Below, one piece after another: positions 17,167-25,225 of a stretch of 42,147 nucleotides of DNA; position 1 is the first letter of the stretch; every line of letters begins with the position of its first letter. Source of the stretch: Parcubacteria group bacterium CG1_02_44_31 (GTDB lineage: Bacteria; Patescibacteriota; Minisyncoccia; UBA6257; Brennerbacteraceae); contig MNWK01000024.1 of the NCBI GenBank assembly GCA_001872485.1, positions 1 through 42,147 of the forward strand, given 5' to 3'. Position numbers and translations under genes: made by a program. The notes below the pieces were generated by a model that saw only the letters and a list, made by a program, of their open reading frames with translations, did no database searches and was not told where the DNA came from.

Positions 17167-17228
17167 TACAACGGTCAGTATGCGATCTTGCCAAGATCGA
17201 AACGGGAGTTCGACTCTCCTCACCCGCT
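17157..17228 (+). tRNA. tRNA-Gly (anticodon GCC), CCA not encoded
   Basis: The cloverleaf is GCGGGTG-TA-GTAC-AACGGTCA-GTAT-G-CGATC-TTGCCAA-GATCG-AAAC-GGGAG-TTCGACT-CTCCT-CACCCGC-T. The discriminator is U73, as expected for bacterial Gly. Confidence 0.9.
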
Positions 17229-17384
17229 CCTTTTACCAAAAAGCTTGAATCCACTTTACCCCGTTAAAGGCAAGTCGCCAATGGCGGCCTTGTGTCGTAA
17301 ACAAAGGTCTCTCACGGGGTTTCACATATTCCTCTTTTGCGTTCAGGGCAGTTTCATGCTATACTTACAGAACATACAGAGCAC

Positions 17385-17747
17385 ATGCCTTCTTTTCTTG
17401 CAAAAATTTTGCTGCAGTTAGTTGCGAATATTGTGGTTCTGCAACTCGCGGTCGCATACATTCCAGGTGTTTCGTTTTCCGGAACGCTCTTAGACATTAT
17501 CAAAGCAGCAGGAATCCTGACACTTTTGAATATAGTGCTCAAGCCGTTCGTTGAATTCATTTTGGCGCCGTTCGCATTTCTGACTCTGGGATTGTTTTCG
17601 TTGATTATCAACGCGGCGATGCTGTGGCTTGCAACGTATTGGGCGCCACAACTCGCATTTGCAAATTGGAAAGCACTCTTGTTAACCGCTGTTGCATTCG
17701 CATTCATCAACTTCCTATTCCACGCCGCTCAAGCGAAAAACGACTAA
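17385..17747 (+). CDS. DUF360-like (phage holin 4 superfamily) small membrane protein
   Basis: It has four predicted TM segments. The pattern MPSFLAKILLQLVANIVVLQLAVAYIPGV... is typical of DUF360/YvlD-type proteins. Confidence 0.6.
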   Translation: MPSFLAKILLQLVANIVVLQLAVAYIPGVSFSGTLLDIIKAAGILTLLNIVLKPFVEFILAPFAFLTLGLFSLIINAAMLWLATYWAPQLAFANWKALLLTAVAFAFINFLFHAAQAKND

Positions 17748-17762
17748 AAACACATTATTCAT

Positions 17763-17978
17763 ATGCAACTCGCACTTCATGCCGCACAAATCATTCTGTC
17801 GCTGTGCATCATTTTATTCGTGCTGCTTCAGCAGCGCGGAACCGGACTCTCCGGCATTTTTGGCGGGTCCGGAGAATTTTACGCAACGCGGCGCGGTTTG
17901 GAAAAAGGATTTTTTGTCGCAACGCTTGTGTGCGCGGCACTGCTTGCTGCGAGCGTTATTGTAAGCTTCGTTGTATAA
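17763..17978 (+). CDS. secG: Preprotein translocase subunit SecG
   Basis: The 71-aa ORF has two TM helices flanking LLQQRGTGLSGIFGGSG, the SecG signature loop. Confidence 0.8.
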   Translation: MQLALHAAQIILSLCIILFVLLQQRGTGLSGIFGGSGEFYATRRGLEKGFFVATLVCAALLAASVIVSFVV

Positions 17979-17980
17979 AC

Positions 17981-18060
17981 GCACCATCCTTGTTAGACAG
18001 GACTGGTGCTGAGGTAAACCCCGCACCATCCTTGTTAGACAGGACTGGTGCGGGGTAAAC
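17981..18060 (+). terminator. Tandem pair of hairpins after secG (2 x ~42-nt unit)
   Basis: gcaccatccttgttagacaggactggtgc occurs at 17981-18009 and 18023-18051. The second copy is extended to ccccgcacca...tggtgcgggg. Both are followed by g(g)taaac. Confidence 0.5.
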
Positions 18061-18080
18061 GCGCCATTGATACGAATCGT

Positions 18081-19829
18081 ATGGAAATAGCTTCCCTACA
18101 TGTTTTGGGAAAACGCATTGCCGCATTTTTTTCGCGTGTACGTCCCGCGCGCGTTATTGCGTTATGGCGGGTATTACGTCCTATGGAAAAAATCATTTTT
18201 CTTGCATGTTTTGGCATCGCATGCGTAGGTATCGTATGGCTCGGCATTCACGCATATGAAACCAACACCACAATCATTCCTGCGCGCGGAGGAGTTTTTT
18301 CCGAAGGCCTTGTCCAACAACCGCAAAGCATTAATCCGGTTATCACAAACGGAAATGAAACGGATGCGCTTCTCGAAGCACTCATATTTTCAGGATTGTT
18401 AAAGCCAGACGGACAAGGGGGCGTGATGCCTGATTTGGCGCAATCATTTGAAATGAAAAATGACGGCACGGTCTATGTTGCGACGCTCCGCGACAATATT
18501 GTATGGCATGACAACCAGCCGCTGACTGCGCAAGACATTCTTTTCACAATTGATATGATGAAAAGTCCTGCGCTCCAGCATCCGCTTGCGAATTTCTGGA
18601 ATTCGATCACGGTGCAAGCGCTTTCGGACAAAACCATCGCATTTACCCTTGCCAAACCCTATGTATTTTTCCCGCAATACCTTACATTCAAAATCATTCC
18701 GAAACATGTGTGGGAAAATGTTCCGGTAAACCAATTTTTGCTTTCCGAACTCAATAGCAAACCTATCGGGTCAGGCCCGTATCAATTTAAAAAACTTACG
18801 CTGGACAGCACAAATGCAACCAAACAATACACGCTTGTGCGTTTTCCGCGCTATTACGGCTCAGGTCCGTATATTGACACGATTGCCATAAAATTTTATC
18901 CCGATACAGCAGCAGCTGAAAACGCTTTGCGCAAAAAGGAAATTGCAAGTTTTGCAAACATCCCATGGGACGATATACGAGCCATAGAGCAAACACAACG
19001 AATCATCACGCTTCAAAAACCTGTTGTACCTACAACAATCGCTTTGTTTATGAACATGAATGCGGATATACTAAAAGATGTGCTATTTCGTAAGGCGCTT
19101 GCGTACGCGATTGATAACAATGCAATTGTGCAAGACGTTTTCCATTCATACGCGGTTCCACTTGACGCGCCTGCGCTCGTCGCAAGCTCAACGCAATATA
19201 TATTCAACCCAACCCAATCACAAATATTTCTGAATGCCCTTGGCTGGAAAGACACGAATAATAATGGCATACGAGATAAAAAAATGTCATCAAGGGCAAA
19301 AACACCAACTGAGCTGGACATATCCCTTATCTATTTGGATGCGCCCGACATGCAGGCTATTGCAGGCCATATTGTCAAAAACCTTCATGACATCGGCGTC
19401 AATGTTGCGCTTACTGCGCTGCAGAAAAACGAATTTATGAACCGCATTGACAATAAATCGTTTGAATTAATTCTTGCAAGCGAAACAACGCTGACCGGGA
19501 GCGTGCCTGATATATATCCGTTTTGGCACTCATCACAACAAGCTATATTGGGCCTTAATATAAGTCAATACACAAACAAGGAAATTGACCGTATCGTAAC
19601 TGACATAAGAAAAGCGAACGACCCTGAACGTATCAATATATTATTGGACGGATTTGCAAACCGCATACGCGCCGATGTCCCGGCAGCATTCTTGGTTCGG
19701 CCACAATGGACGTGGGCAATTGAAAATTATATTCACATGCCAGACATCTTATTTATCAACACGCCCGCACAGCGCTTCGCGCGCGCAAATGAATGGTACA
19801 TATACACAAAACGCATATGGAACAATTAA
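18081..19829 (+). CDS. ABC-transporter family-5 solute-binding protein (peptide/nickel, OppA/DppA-like) with N-terminal TM anchor
   Basis: The sequence GGVFSEGLVQQPQSINPVI...LIFSGLLK...PDLAQSFE...DGTVYVATLRDNIVWHDNQPLTAQD is typical of SBP_bac_5. The ORF-track start at 18048 (GTG) lies in the terminator hairpin. ATGs occur at 18081 and 18183. Confidence 0.75.
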   Translation: MEIASLHVLGKRIAAFFSRVRPARVIALWRVLRPMEKIIFLACFGIACVGIVWLGIHAYETNTTIIPARGGVFSEGLVQQPQSINPVITNGNETDALLEALIFSGLLKPDGQGGVMPDLAQSFEMKNDGTVYVATLRDNIVWHDNQPLTAQDILFTIDMMKSPALQHPLANFWNSITVQALSDKTIAFTLAKPYVFFPQYLTFKIIPKHVWENVPVNQFLLSELNSKPIGSGPYQFKKLTLDSTNATKQYTLVRFPRYYGSGPYIDTIAIKFYPDTAAAENALRKKEIASFANIPWDDIRAIEQTQRIITLQKPVVPTTIALFMNMNADILKDVLFRKALAYAIDNNAIVQDVFHSYAVPLDAPALVASSTQYIFNPTQSQIFLNALGWKDTNNNGIRDKKMSSRAKTPTELDISLIYLDAPDMQAIAGHIVKNLHDIGVNVALTALQKNEFMNRIDNKSFELILASETTLTGSVPDIYPFWHSSQQAILGLNISQYTNKEIDRIVTDIRKANDPERINILLDGFANRIRADVPAAFLVRPQWTWAIENYIHMPDILFINTPAQRFARANEWYIYTKRIWNN

Positions 19830-20827
19830 CTTCACTTTTTGCATACGTCGAACGCATTGGCGAACAATTTCATCATGGATACACCCAGGGCGCATCCATA
19901 CGCGGAATCGCCCGAAAGCGGCGTATCGTGTGCGCGGGCATGGGCGGGTCAATTCTTGGCGCTGAATGTTTCCAAACTTTAGCCCTGTCGGAGCGTATTC
20001 CCGTGCATGTGACCATCTGGCAAACATACGGCCTCCCGCACGAGGTTCTTGCATTGCGTCCTCTGGTATGTTGTATTTCGTACTCTGGGAACACTGAAGA
20101 AACGCTGTCTGCATTTGATACGGCACGTAACCATTCGCTGCCGCTTATGGCATTTTCCACTGACGGAGTATTGCTTCGCAAAGCAAAAAATGCCCATGTG
20201 ATACACCCTGTAATACCAGACGCAATTGTACCGAGATTCAGCGTTGCATATATGTTCGGGTTTCTCACCGGTATGTATGACAAACAAAGCGTAAACCCCG
20301 TTAAATTGCCTTCAGCACTATTTAACGGGGTAAACCCGAACCACATCTTTTTGGCACAAAAACAAATAAGAAAAAAGGCGCGCGCAATTGCCAGAGTTAT
20401 CAATTCCACGCGATGCCTCGTATATACCATTCCCGCCTTGACATCATTGGGACATGTATGGGAAATTAATCTGAACGAAACAGCAAAAACACTCGCTTTT
20501 GCCGACGATATTCCTGACACTGACCATCACGCGCTTGCGGCGCTTGCGTGGCAAAAATCCGTGAAGGATTTTACCGCGCTCGTTATACGCGGATTTGAAG
20601 AATCGCCTGCCATGCGAAAACGGCTCAAGTTATCAGAGCAAACGCTGCGCTCAATAGGGCTGAAAACTATTTCCATACAGCTTGAAGGCAAAACAATACG
20701 CGAGAAAATTCTGTTTGGACTTGCGCTGGCGCAAATGACCGGGCTTGAACTCGCAAAAATAAAACGCGTCAATCCGCTTGAAACCAAAATTCAGGAACGA
20801 TTTAAAAAACAACTGCGAAAACCATAG
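19817..20827 (+). CDS. SIS-domain bifunctional phosphoglucose/phosphomannose isomerase-like protein
   Basis: RIVCAGMGGSILGAECF and CISYSGNTEETLSAF are SIS motifs of the archaeal-type PGI/PMI family. An alternative ATG lies at 19793. The gene overlaps the upstream CDS stop. Confidence 0.7.
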   Translation: MEQLTSLFAYVERIGEQFHHGYTQGASIRGIARKRRIVCAGMGGSILGAECFQTLALSERIPVHVTIWQTYGLPHEVLALRPLVCCISYSGNTEETLSAFDTARNHSLPLMAFSTDGVLLRKAKNAHVIHPVIPDAIVPRFSVAYMFGFLTGMYDKQSVNPVKLPSALFNGVNPNHIFLAQKQIRKKARAIARVINSTRCLVYTIPALTSLGHVWEINLNETAKTLAFADDIPDTDHHALAALAWQKSVKDFTALVIRGFEESPAMRKRLKLSEQTLRSIGLKTISIQLEGKTIREKILFGLALAQMTGLELAKIKRVNPLETKIQERFKKQLRKP

Positions 20828-21006
20828 CGCATGCTTAAATGATGGAACCCGCCTGCACATTTGCCTCATGGAAAAAACCCAAGAAACAAAATGAAAATGA
20901 AAACAACAAAACAGGTCACGATATCACAGCATAGTTTCGGTGGGTAAACCCGCTATGCGCTTCTTGCTAAAGCAACGGAAACTCGCCTTTTTTAAAACCA
21001 AACTAA

Positions 21007-21090
21007 GGGGATATGGCGGAATTGGCAGACGCACTAGCTTCAGGGGCTAGCGGTAGTAATACCATGAGAGTTCAAATCTCTCTATCCCCA
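21007..21090 (+). tRNA. tRNA-Leu (anticodon CAG), type II with long variable arm, CCA not encoded
   Basis: The cloverleaf is GGGGATA-TG-GCG-GAATTGGCAGA-CGC-A-CTAGC-TTCAGGG-GCTAG-CGGTAGTAATACCAT-GAGAG-TTCAAAT-CTCTC-TATCCCC-A. Confidence 0.9.
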
Positions 21091-21105
21091 CAGGAAAATG
21101 TTCTT

Positions 21106-21236
21106 GTCTTCGCAAGAACTTTGTTCTTACGAAGACATTGTTTCGGATTTTAGGTTTTGGAAATTGGAATTTGTTCAAGATTCAAGATTCAAGGTTTGAA
21201 GCGAAGCCCATGGTCTTCTGGCTGAAGGGAAAAACT
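21106..21236. repeat. Composite intergenic repeat, second copy (hairpin-B plus ggttttggaaattggaatttgttcaagat plus tcaagat repeats plus gaagcccatggtcttctggctgaaggga)
   Basis: It is co-linear with 14076-14260. It starts 16 nt after tRNA-Leu. Confidence 0.75.
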
Positions 21237-21384
21237 GCGGCGCAACTATCCCAGTAATGGAGCGAAGATTCAAGTCTTCCTTTATTCATCACAACACAAC
21301 AATATATTATTAACGAACCGATTTTTGTTTCCTATGCATCAACCGGCTCAATAACATAAATTATCATAGGAATAAAAATAAAAT

Positions 21385-23184
21385 ATGATACCAATGAAAA
21401 GAACAACAAGAATGCCGAGAGCTCCCCAAACGCCTTCGCGACGCAGAAACGAACCTTCAAGCGCGCATGAAAAAATCATTCATGAATCAAAAAGACAAGA
21501 GGCAAAACTGCGCATTATTCCGCTTGGTGGACTTGAGGAAGTTGGAGAAAATATGACCGTTATTGAATACGAAAAAAATATCATCATCATTGATATGGGA
21601 TTTCGGTTTGCTGATGAAGACCTGCTGGGTGTTGATTTTTTGATTCCAAATATTGAATATCTCAAAGACAAAAAAGATTGGATTCGCGGCATTTTCATCA
21701 CGCACGCGCACTACGACCACATCGGCGCCATTCCGTACCTGATAGACAAACTCGGGTATCCGCCAATTTATACTACTATGCTTTCCAAAGGCATTATCTT
21801 AAAACGCCAGGAAGATTTTCCGCGTATGAAAAAACTGCGCATTGAAATCATCAACAAGAACGATTTCAAAACCATCCAAGCAGGGCCATTCAAGGTTGAC
21901 GCGTTCCATATCAATCATAATATCCCTGATTCTATCGGACTTGCAATTCAAACGCCCGTGGGGCAAATTATCCACACATGCGACTTTAAGTTTGATTTTC
22001 AGCCCGTTGCGGACAAACCCGCAAACCTCGCGCGCATTGTTGAACTTGCCAACCGCGGAACGCTTTTGCTTATGTCGGATTCCACTGGGGCGGAAAATCC
22101 GGGGTATTCGCTTTCCGAACAGACAGTTATGGAAAACCTTGACGAAATTTTTGATAACGCGAAAGGGCGCATCATTGTATCCACATTCGCGTCGCTCATT
22201 GGCCGTATACAACAAGTTATCTGGCTTGCGGAAAAACATGGCCGCAGAGTTGCTATTGACGGGTACAGCATGCGTTCAAATGTTTCCATCGCGACCGAGC
22301 TGAAATACATTCAGGCGCAAAAACATACCTTGATAAAACCAGAAGAAGCAATCAAGCTTCCTGATAATACAGTCGTTATCATGTGCACAGGCGCGCAAGG
22401 CGAAGACCGGGCATCTCTGATGCGAATTGTCAATAAAGAACATCGATTTTTCCGCATCAAACCAGGAGACTCAATGATACTTTCCTCGTCTATTGTTCCG
22501 GGGAATGAACGCGCGGTGCAATATCTCAAAGACAGCTTATATCGCCAAGGAGCAGAGGTGTTTCATTACAAAATGATGGATATTCACGGGTCGGGCCACG
22601 CGTATCAAGAAGAATTGAAACTGATGCTCAACCTCGTCAGGCCGAAGTTCTTTATGCCGATTCACGGACAATATTCAATGCTCAAATCCCATGCGCATAT
22701 CGCCCAGACCCTTGATATTCCCAAAGAAAACATCGCGGTTGCGTCAAACGGAAATATTATTGAAATCACGCAATCATCCATCAGTATTTCCACGCAGCGC
22801 GCGCCGTCAACATCAATGATGGTCAACAGCTTGGGTACAGATAGCGTAAGCGAGGTCGTGCTAAAAGACCGCCAAGCAATGGCTCAAGACGGCATGATGA
22901 TTGTACTTGCCTTGGTCAAATCAGGAAAGGTTTTGTTTGAACCGGACATTATCTCGCGCGGATTCGTATATATGAAAGAGTCAAAAGACCTGATTTCCGA
23001 AATACGCAGACGCACGCGCCATGTCATTGAACGATACGAATCCCGTCCGCGCCACGCGCAAACGGATCGCGACCAAAATAATGATGGCGCATTGAAAAAT
23101 ATTCTCAAAGAGGAATTGGGGCGGTTTTTATCAGCAAAACTTCGGCGGAGACCAATGGTTATTCCTGTGATTAAGCGAGTATAA
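21385..23184 (+). CDS. rnj: Ribonuclease J (metallo-beta-lactamase / beta-CASP)
   Basis: The 599-aa ORF has LRIIPLGGLEEVGENMTVIEY and ITHAHYDHIGAIPYL (the HxHxDH motif). It also has beta-CASP motifs and a basic N-terminal extension. Confidence 0.9.
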   Translation: MIPMKRTTRMPRAPQTPSRRRNEPSSAHEKIIHESKRQEAKLRIIPLGGLEEVGENMTVIEYEKNIIIIDMGFRFADEDLLGVDFLIPNIEYLKDKKDWIRGIFITHAHYDHIGAIPYLIDKLGYPPIYTTMLSKGIILKRQEDFPRMKKLRIEIINKNDFKTIQAGPFKVDAFHINHNIPDSIGLAIQTPVGQIIHTCDFKFDFQPVADKPANLARIVELANRGTLLLMSDSTGAENPGYSLSEQTVMENLDEIFDNAKGRIIVSTFASLIGRIQQVIWLAEKHGRRVAIDGYSMRSNVSIATELKYIQAQKHTLIKPEEAIKLPDNTVVIMCTGAQGEDRASLMRIVNKEHRFFRIKPGDSMILSSSIVPGNERAVQYLKDSLYRQGAEVFHYKMMDIHGSGHAYQEELKLMLNLVRPKFFMPIHGQYSMLKSHAHIAQTLDIPKENIAVASNGNIIEITQSSISISTQRAPSTSMMVNSLGTDSVSEVVLKDRQAMAQDGMMIVLALVKSGKVLFEPDIISRGFVYMKESKDLISEIRRRTRHVIERYESRPRHAQTDRDQNNDGALKNILKEELGRFLSAKLRRRPMVIPVIKRV

Positions 23185-23194
23185 AAAAGGGTTT

Positions 23195-23231
23195 AAGGTC
23201 TTCGCAAGAACAGAGTTCTTGCGAAGACCTT
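23195..23231 (+). terminator. Hairpin-B copy 11 nt after the rnj stop
   Basis: The sequence is aaggtcttcgcaagaac-agA-gttcttgcgaagacctt, a 17-bp stem. Confidence 0.5.
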
Positions 23232-23310
23232 AATGTTCCAAATTCAAAACAGTTTGGAATTTGTGGTTTGAGATTATTCATGATTCAAGATTCAAGATGT
23301 GCTATAATAT

Positions 23311-23508
23311 ACCCTGTAGTGTCATGCCAGAGGCAGATCCGCCTTTGGCGGAAAAATGCGACTGCCTTGCAAAAGAATTCCATGCATGTTACATATAAGT
23401 CTTCGCAAGAACAAAGTTCTTGCGAAGACAAGGTTCCGCGGACTTCTTGTTATATAAAATAAAATCGGAAATACGGCATAAAATTCTGTCGCATTTCTAC
23501 TACAGGGT
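23311..23508. mobile_element. MITE/REP-like element, full copy with internal hairpin-B, forming the leader of trpS
   Basis: The termini are accctgtagtg (23311-23321) and ctactacagggt (23497-23508). The interior is homologous to 1097-1265 (inverted) and 31293-31455. A tataat box sits at 23303-23308 just upstream, and the trpS ATG is 9 nt downstream. Confidence 0.7.
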
Positions 23509-23517
23509 ATAGCTATT

Positions 23518-24501
23518 ATGCGTATCCTTTCAGGCATCCGTTCATCTGGACAACTCACTATTGCCAATTATCTTGGCGCGATTTCGCAATTCATTGCTCT
23601 ACAAAACGAACACGAGTGTTTTTATTTCATAGCAGACCTGCACGCAATCACAACTCCATACGACCCCAAAACGTTTTCGCACAACGTTCTTGATGTCGCG
23701 GCAATGTACCTGGCATTCGGTCTTGACCCGTTAAAAACCACGATGTTTCTGCAATCGCTTATTCCCGAGCACACGCAACTGCAATGGTTATTAGCAACCA
23801 TCACGCCCATGGGCGAACTTGAACGCATGACGCAATACAAAGAAAAAACGCATCAAGGCGACCCGGCAGATGTAGGGCTGTTTATGTATCCAGTGCTTAT
23901 GGCTGCGGATATTTTGCTGTATAAACCTCAAGCAGTGCCGGTTGGCGAAGACCAAGTGCAACACGTTGAACTTACCCGCTCCATTGCGGAAAAATTCAAT
24001 AAACGATTCGGTGAGACATTTCCTCTTCCTGAACCAAAAACGCTGGATAAAGCATTTTCGCGCATTAAATCATTGCAAGACCCAGCAAAGAAAATGTCAA
24101 AATCAGATGACAATCAAAAAGCATCCATCGGGCTTATGGATACACCGGAACAAATCAGGGCAAAAATGAAATCGGCAGTTACGGATTCTAAAAAAGATAT
24201 AGTATTCAATCCAAACAAAAAACCTGCAATAAGCAATTTGCTTACCATTGCAAGCGGATTTTCTGGACTTCCAATTACTATGCTTGAGCAACAATTCAAA
24301 GGTGCTTCATACGCTGATTTCAAAATGGCTGTTGCTGATATGATTATTGAAAAACTGACGCCCATGCATGAAAAATATTATGAGCTCATCAAAGACAAAA
24401 AGAAATTGAAAAACCTCTTGGTTGACCACTCGCACAAAGCCCAAGTAATTGCCTCGGAAACACTCAAAGAAGTGCAGGAAAAAATGGGGCTGGCATTATA
24501 G
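23518..24501 (+). CDS. trpS: Tryptophanyl-tRNA synthetase
   Basis: The 327-aa ORF starts SGIRSSGQLTIANYLG (HIGH-equivalent region). It also has VPVGEDQVQHVELTR and KMSKSD. Confidence 0.95.
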   Translation: MRILSGIRSSGQLTIANYLGAISQFIALQNEHECFYFIADLHAITTPYDPKTFSHNVLDVAAMYLAFGLDPLKTTMFLQSLIPEHTQLQWLLATITPMGELERMTQYKEKTHQGDPADVGLFMYPVLMAADILLYKPQAVPVGEDQVQHVELTRSIAEKFNKRFGETFPLPEPKTLDKAFSRIKSLQDPAKKMSKSDDNQKASIGLMDTPEQIRAKMKSAVTDSKKDIVFNPNKKPAISNLLTIASGFSGLPITMLEQQFKGASYADFKMAVADMIIEKLTPMHEKYYELIKDKKKLKNLLVDHSHKAQVIASETLKEVQEKMGLAL

Positions 24502-24553
24502 AACTTGAAACGTAAATCTTAAAACTTGAACCACAGGCACCTGATTAGATGAT

Positions 24554-24588
24554 AAACACAAAAACGGGCTGTGCCCGTTTTTGTGTTT
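24554..24588. terminator. Bidirectional rho-independent terminator between trpS and the ybaK-like gene
   Basis: The sequence is aaacacaaaaacgggc-tgt-gcccgtttttgtgttt, a 16-bp stem with A/T runs on both sides. Confidence 0.8.
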
Positions 24589-24607
24589 ATTGTATTCAAA
24601 ATACTTT

Positions 24608-25108
24608 CTATGTTTGATTCCAATGAATAACCTCTGTGACAGAATTTTTTAAGGTGCTAAATACTTTCTGCAGGTCTTCGCCTTTTGCTTGTATGGTTCG
24701 TGTAGGCAATACTGGACTAAACAAAAACCACTCTTGTTTATACACATTTGGGTCAATAAAAATCCTGATGCTTTTGTCAAAACCAAATGGATATGCGCAA
24801 CCTGGTTCTGCGCCAAAATATTCTTTTAATTCTTCCGGGGTTGCTAAACGAATTTTGCTCGCATGCAAATCCTGTTTGACTGCGCTCATATCTGTTCGTT
24901 TTCCCTGCAATGTTACATACACAATAAAAGTATCGTCAGCTTTCAAAACCATGCATTTGCCTTCTGTGCCGAAAAAACCAGTTTCTTTTTGAACCGCAGC
25001 TAAATCTTCGTATGTCAATGCTGCCCGATGTTCAAATAATTTATATTCAACTTTATTGGTATCCAATAATTCGATAAGCTTTTGATATTGTTTAATATTG
25101 TTGTACAT
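24608..25108 (-). CDS. YbaK/ProX/EbsC-family aminoacyl-tRNA trans-editing deacylase
   Basis: K(C)MVLK, VTLQGKRTDM..V and GAEPGCAYPFGF resemble the YbaK-domain core. The first ATG is at 25108, since the ORF-track start at 25114 is TTG. Confidence 0.65.
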   Translation of the reverse strand: MYNNIKQYQKLIELLDTNKVEYKLFEHRAALTYEDLAAVQKETGFFGTEGKCMVLKADDTFIVYVTLQGKRTDMSAVKQDLHASKIRLATPEELKEYFGAEPGCAYPFGFDKSIRIFIDPNVYKQEWFLFSPVLPTRTIQAKGEDLQKVFSTLKNSVTEVIHWNQT

Positions 25109-25161
25109 ACTCAATTTTGTGCATAATAGATTTTGTGCATAATAGATGGATTGCCGGGTTT

Positions 25162-25225
25162 ACTATCCTATTGAACGATCGTCCAATAGGATAGTTATGA
25201 ATGGTTTATTGATTTATTTCTATTT
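25162..25225. promoter_or_regulatory. Shared 32-34-nt palindrome plus conserved flank (copy 1), upstream of the ybaK-like gene
   Basis: The sequence is a-ctatcctattgaacgatcgtccaataggatag-t followed by tatgaatggtttattgatttattt. It is nearly identical to 37190-37250. Confidence 0.5.

Noticed and set aside
19873-20520. Long antisense ORFs inside large CDSs, for example 19873..20520(-), 8023..8388(+), 4866..5297(+), 27976..28569(-), 38889..39509(+) and 21799..22239(-)
   Set aside because: Each lies entirely within a well-supported conserved gene on the other strand and has no motifs. These are typical shadow ORFs.
23311-23517. T-box or other riboswitch leader upstream of trpS
   Set aside because: No T-box consensus (AGGGTGGTACCGCG-like) or specifier/antiterminator arrangement was seen. 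The same sequence recurs at the 3' end of the yvcK-like gene (copy 1097-1265) and in the argS/smpB spacer. It is therefore a dispersed repeat.
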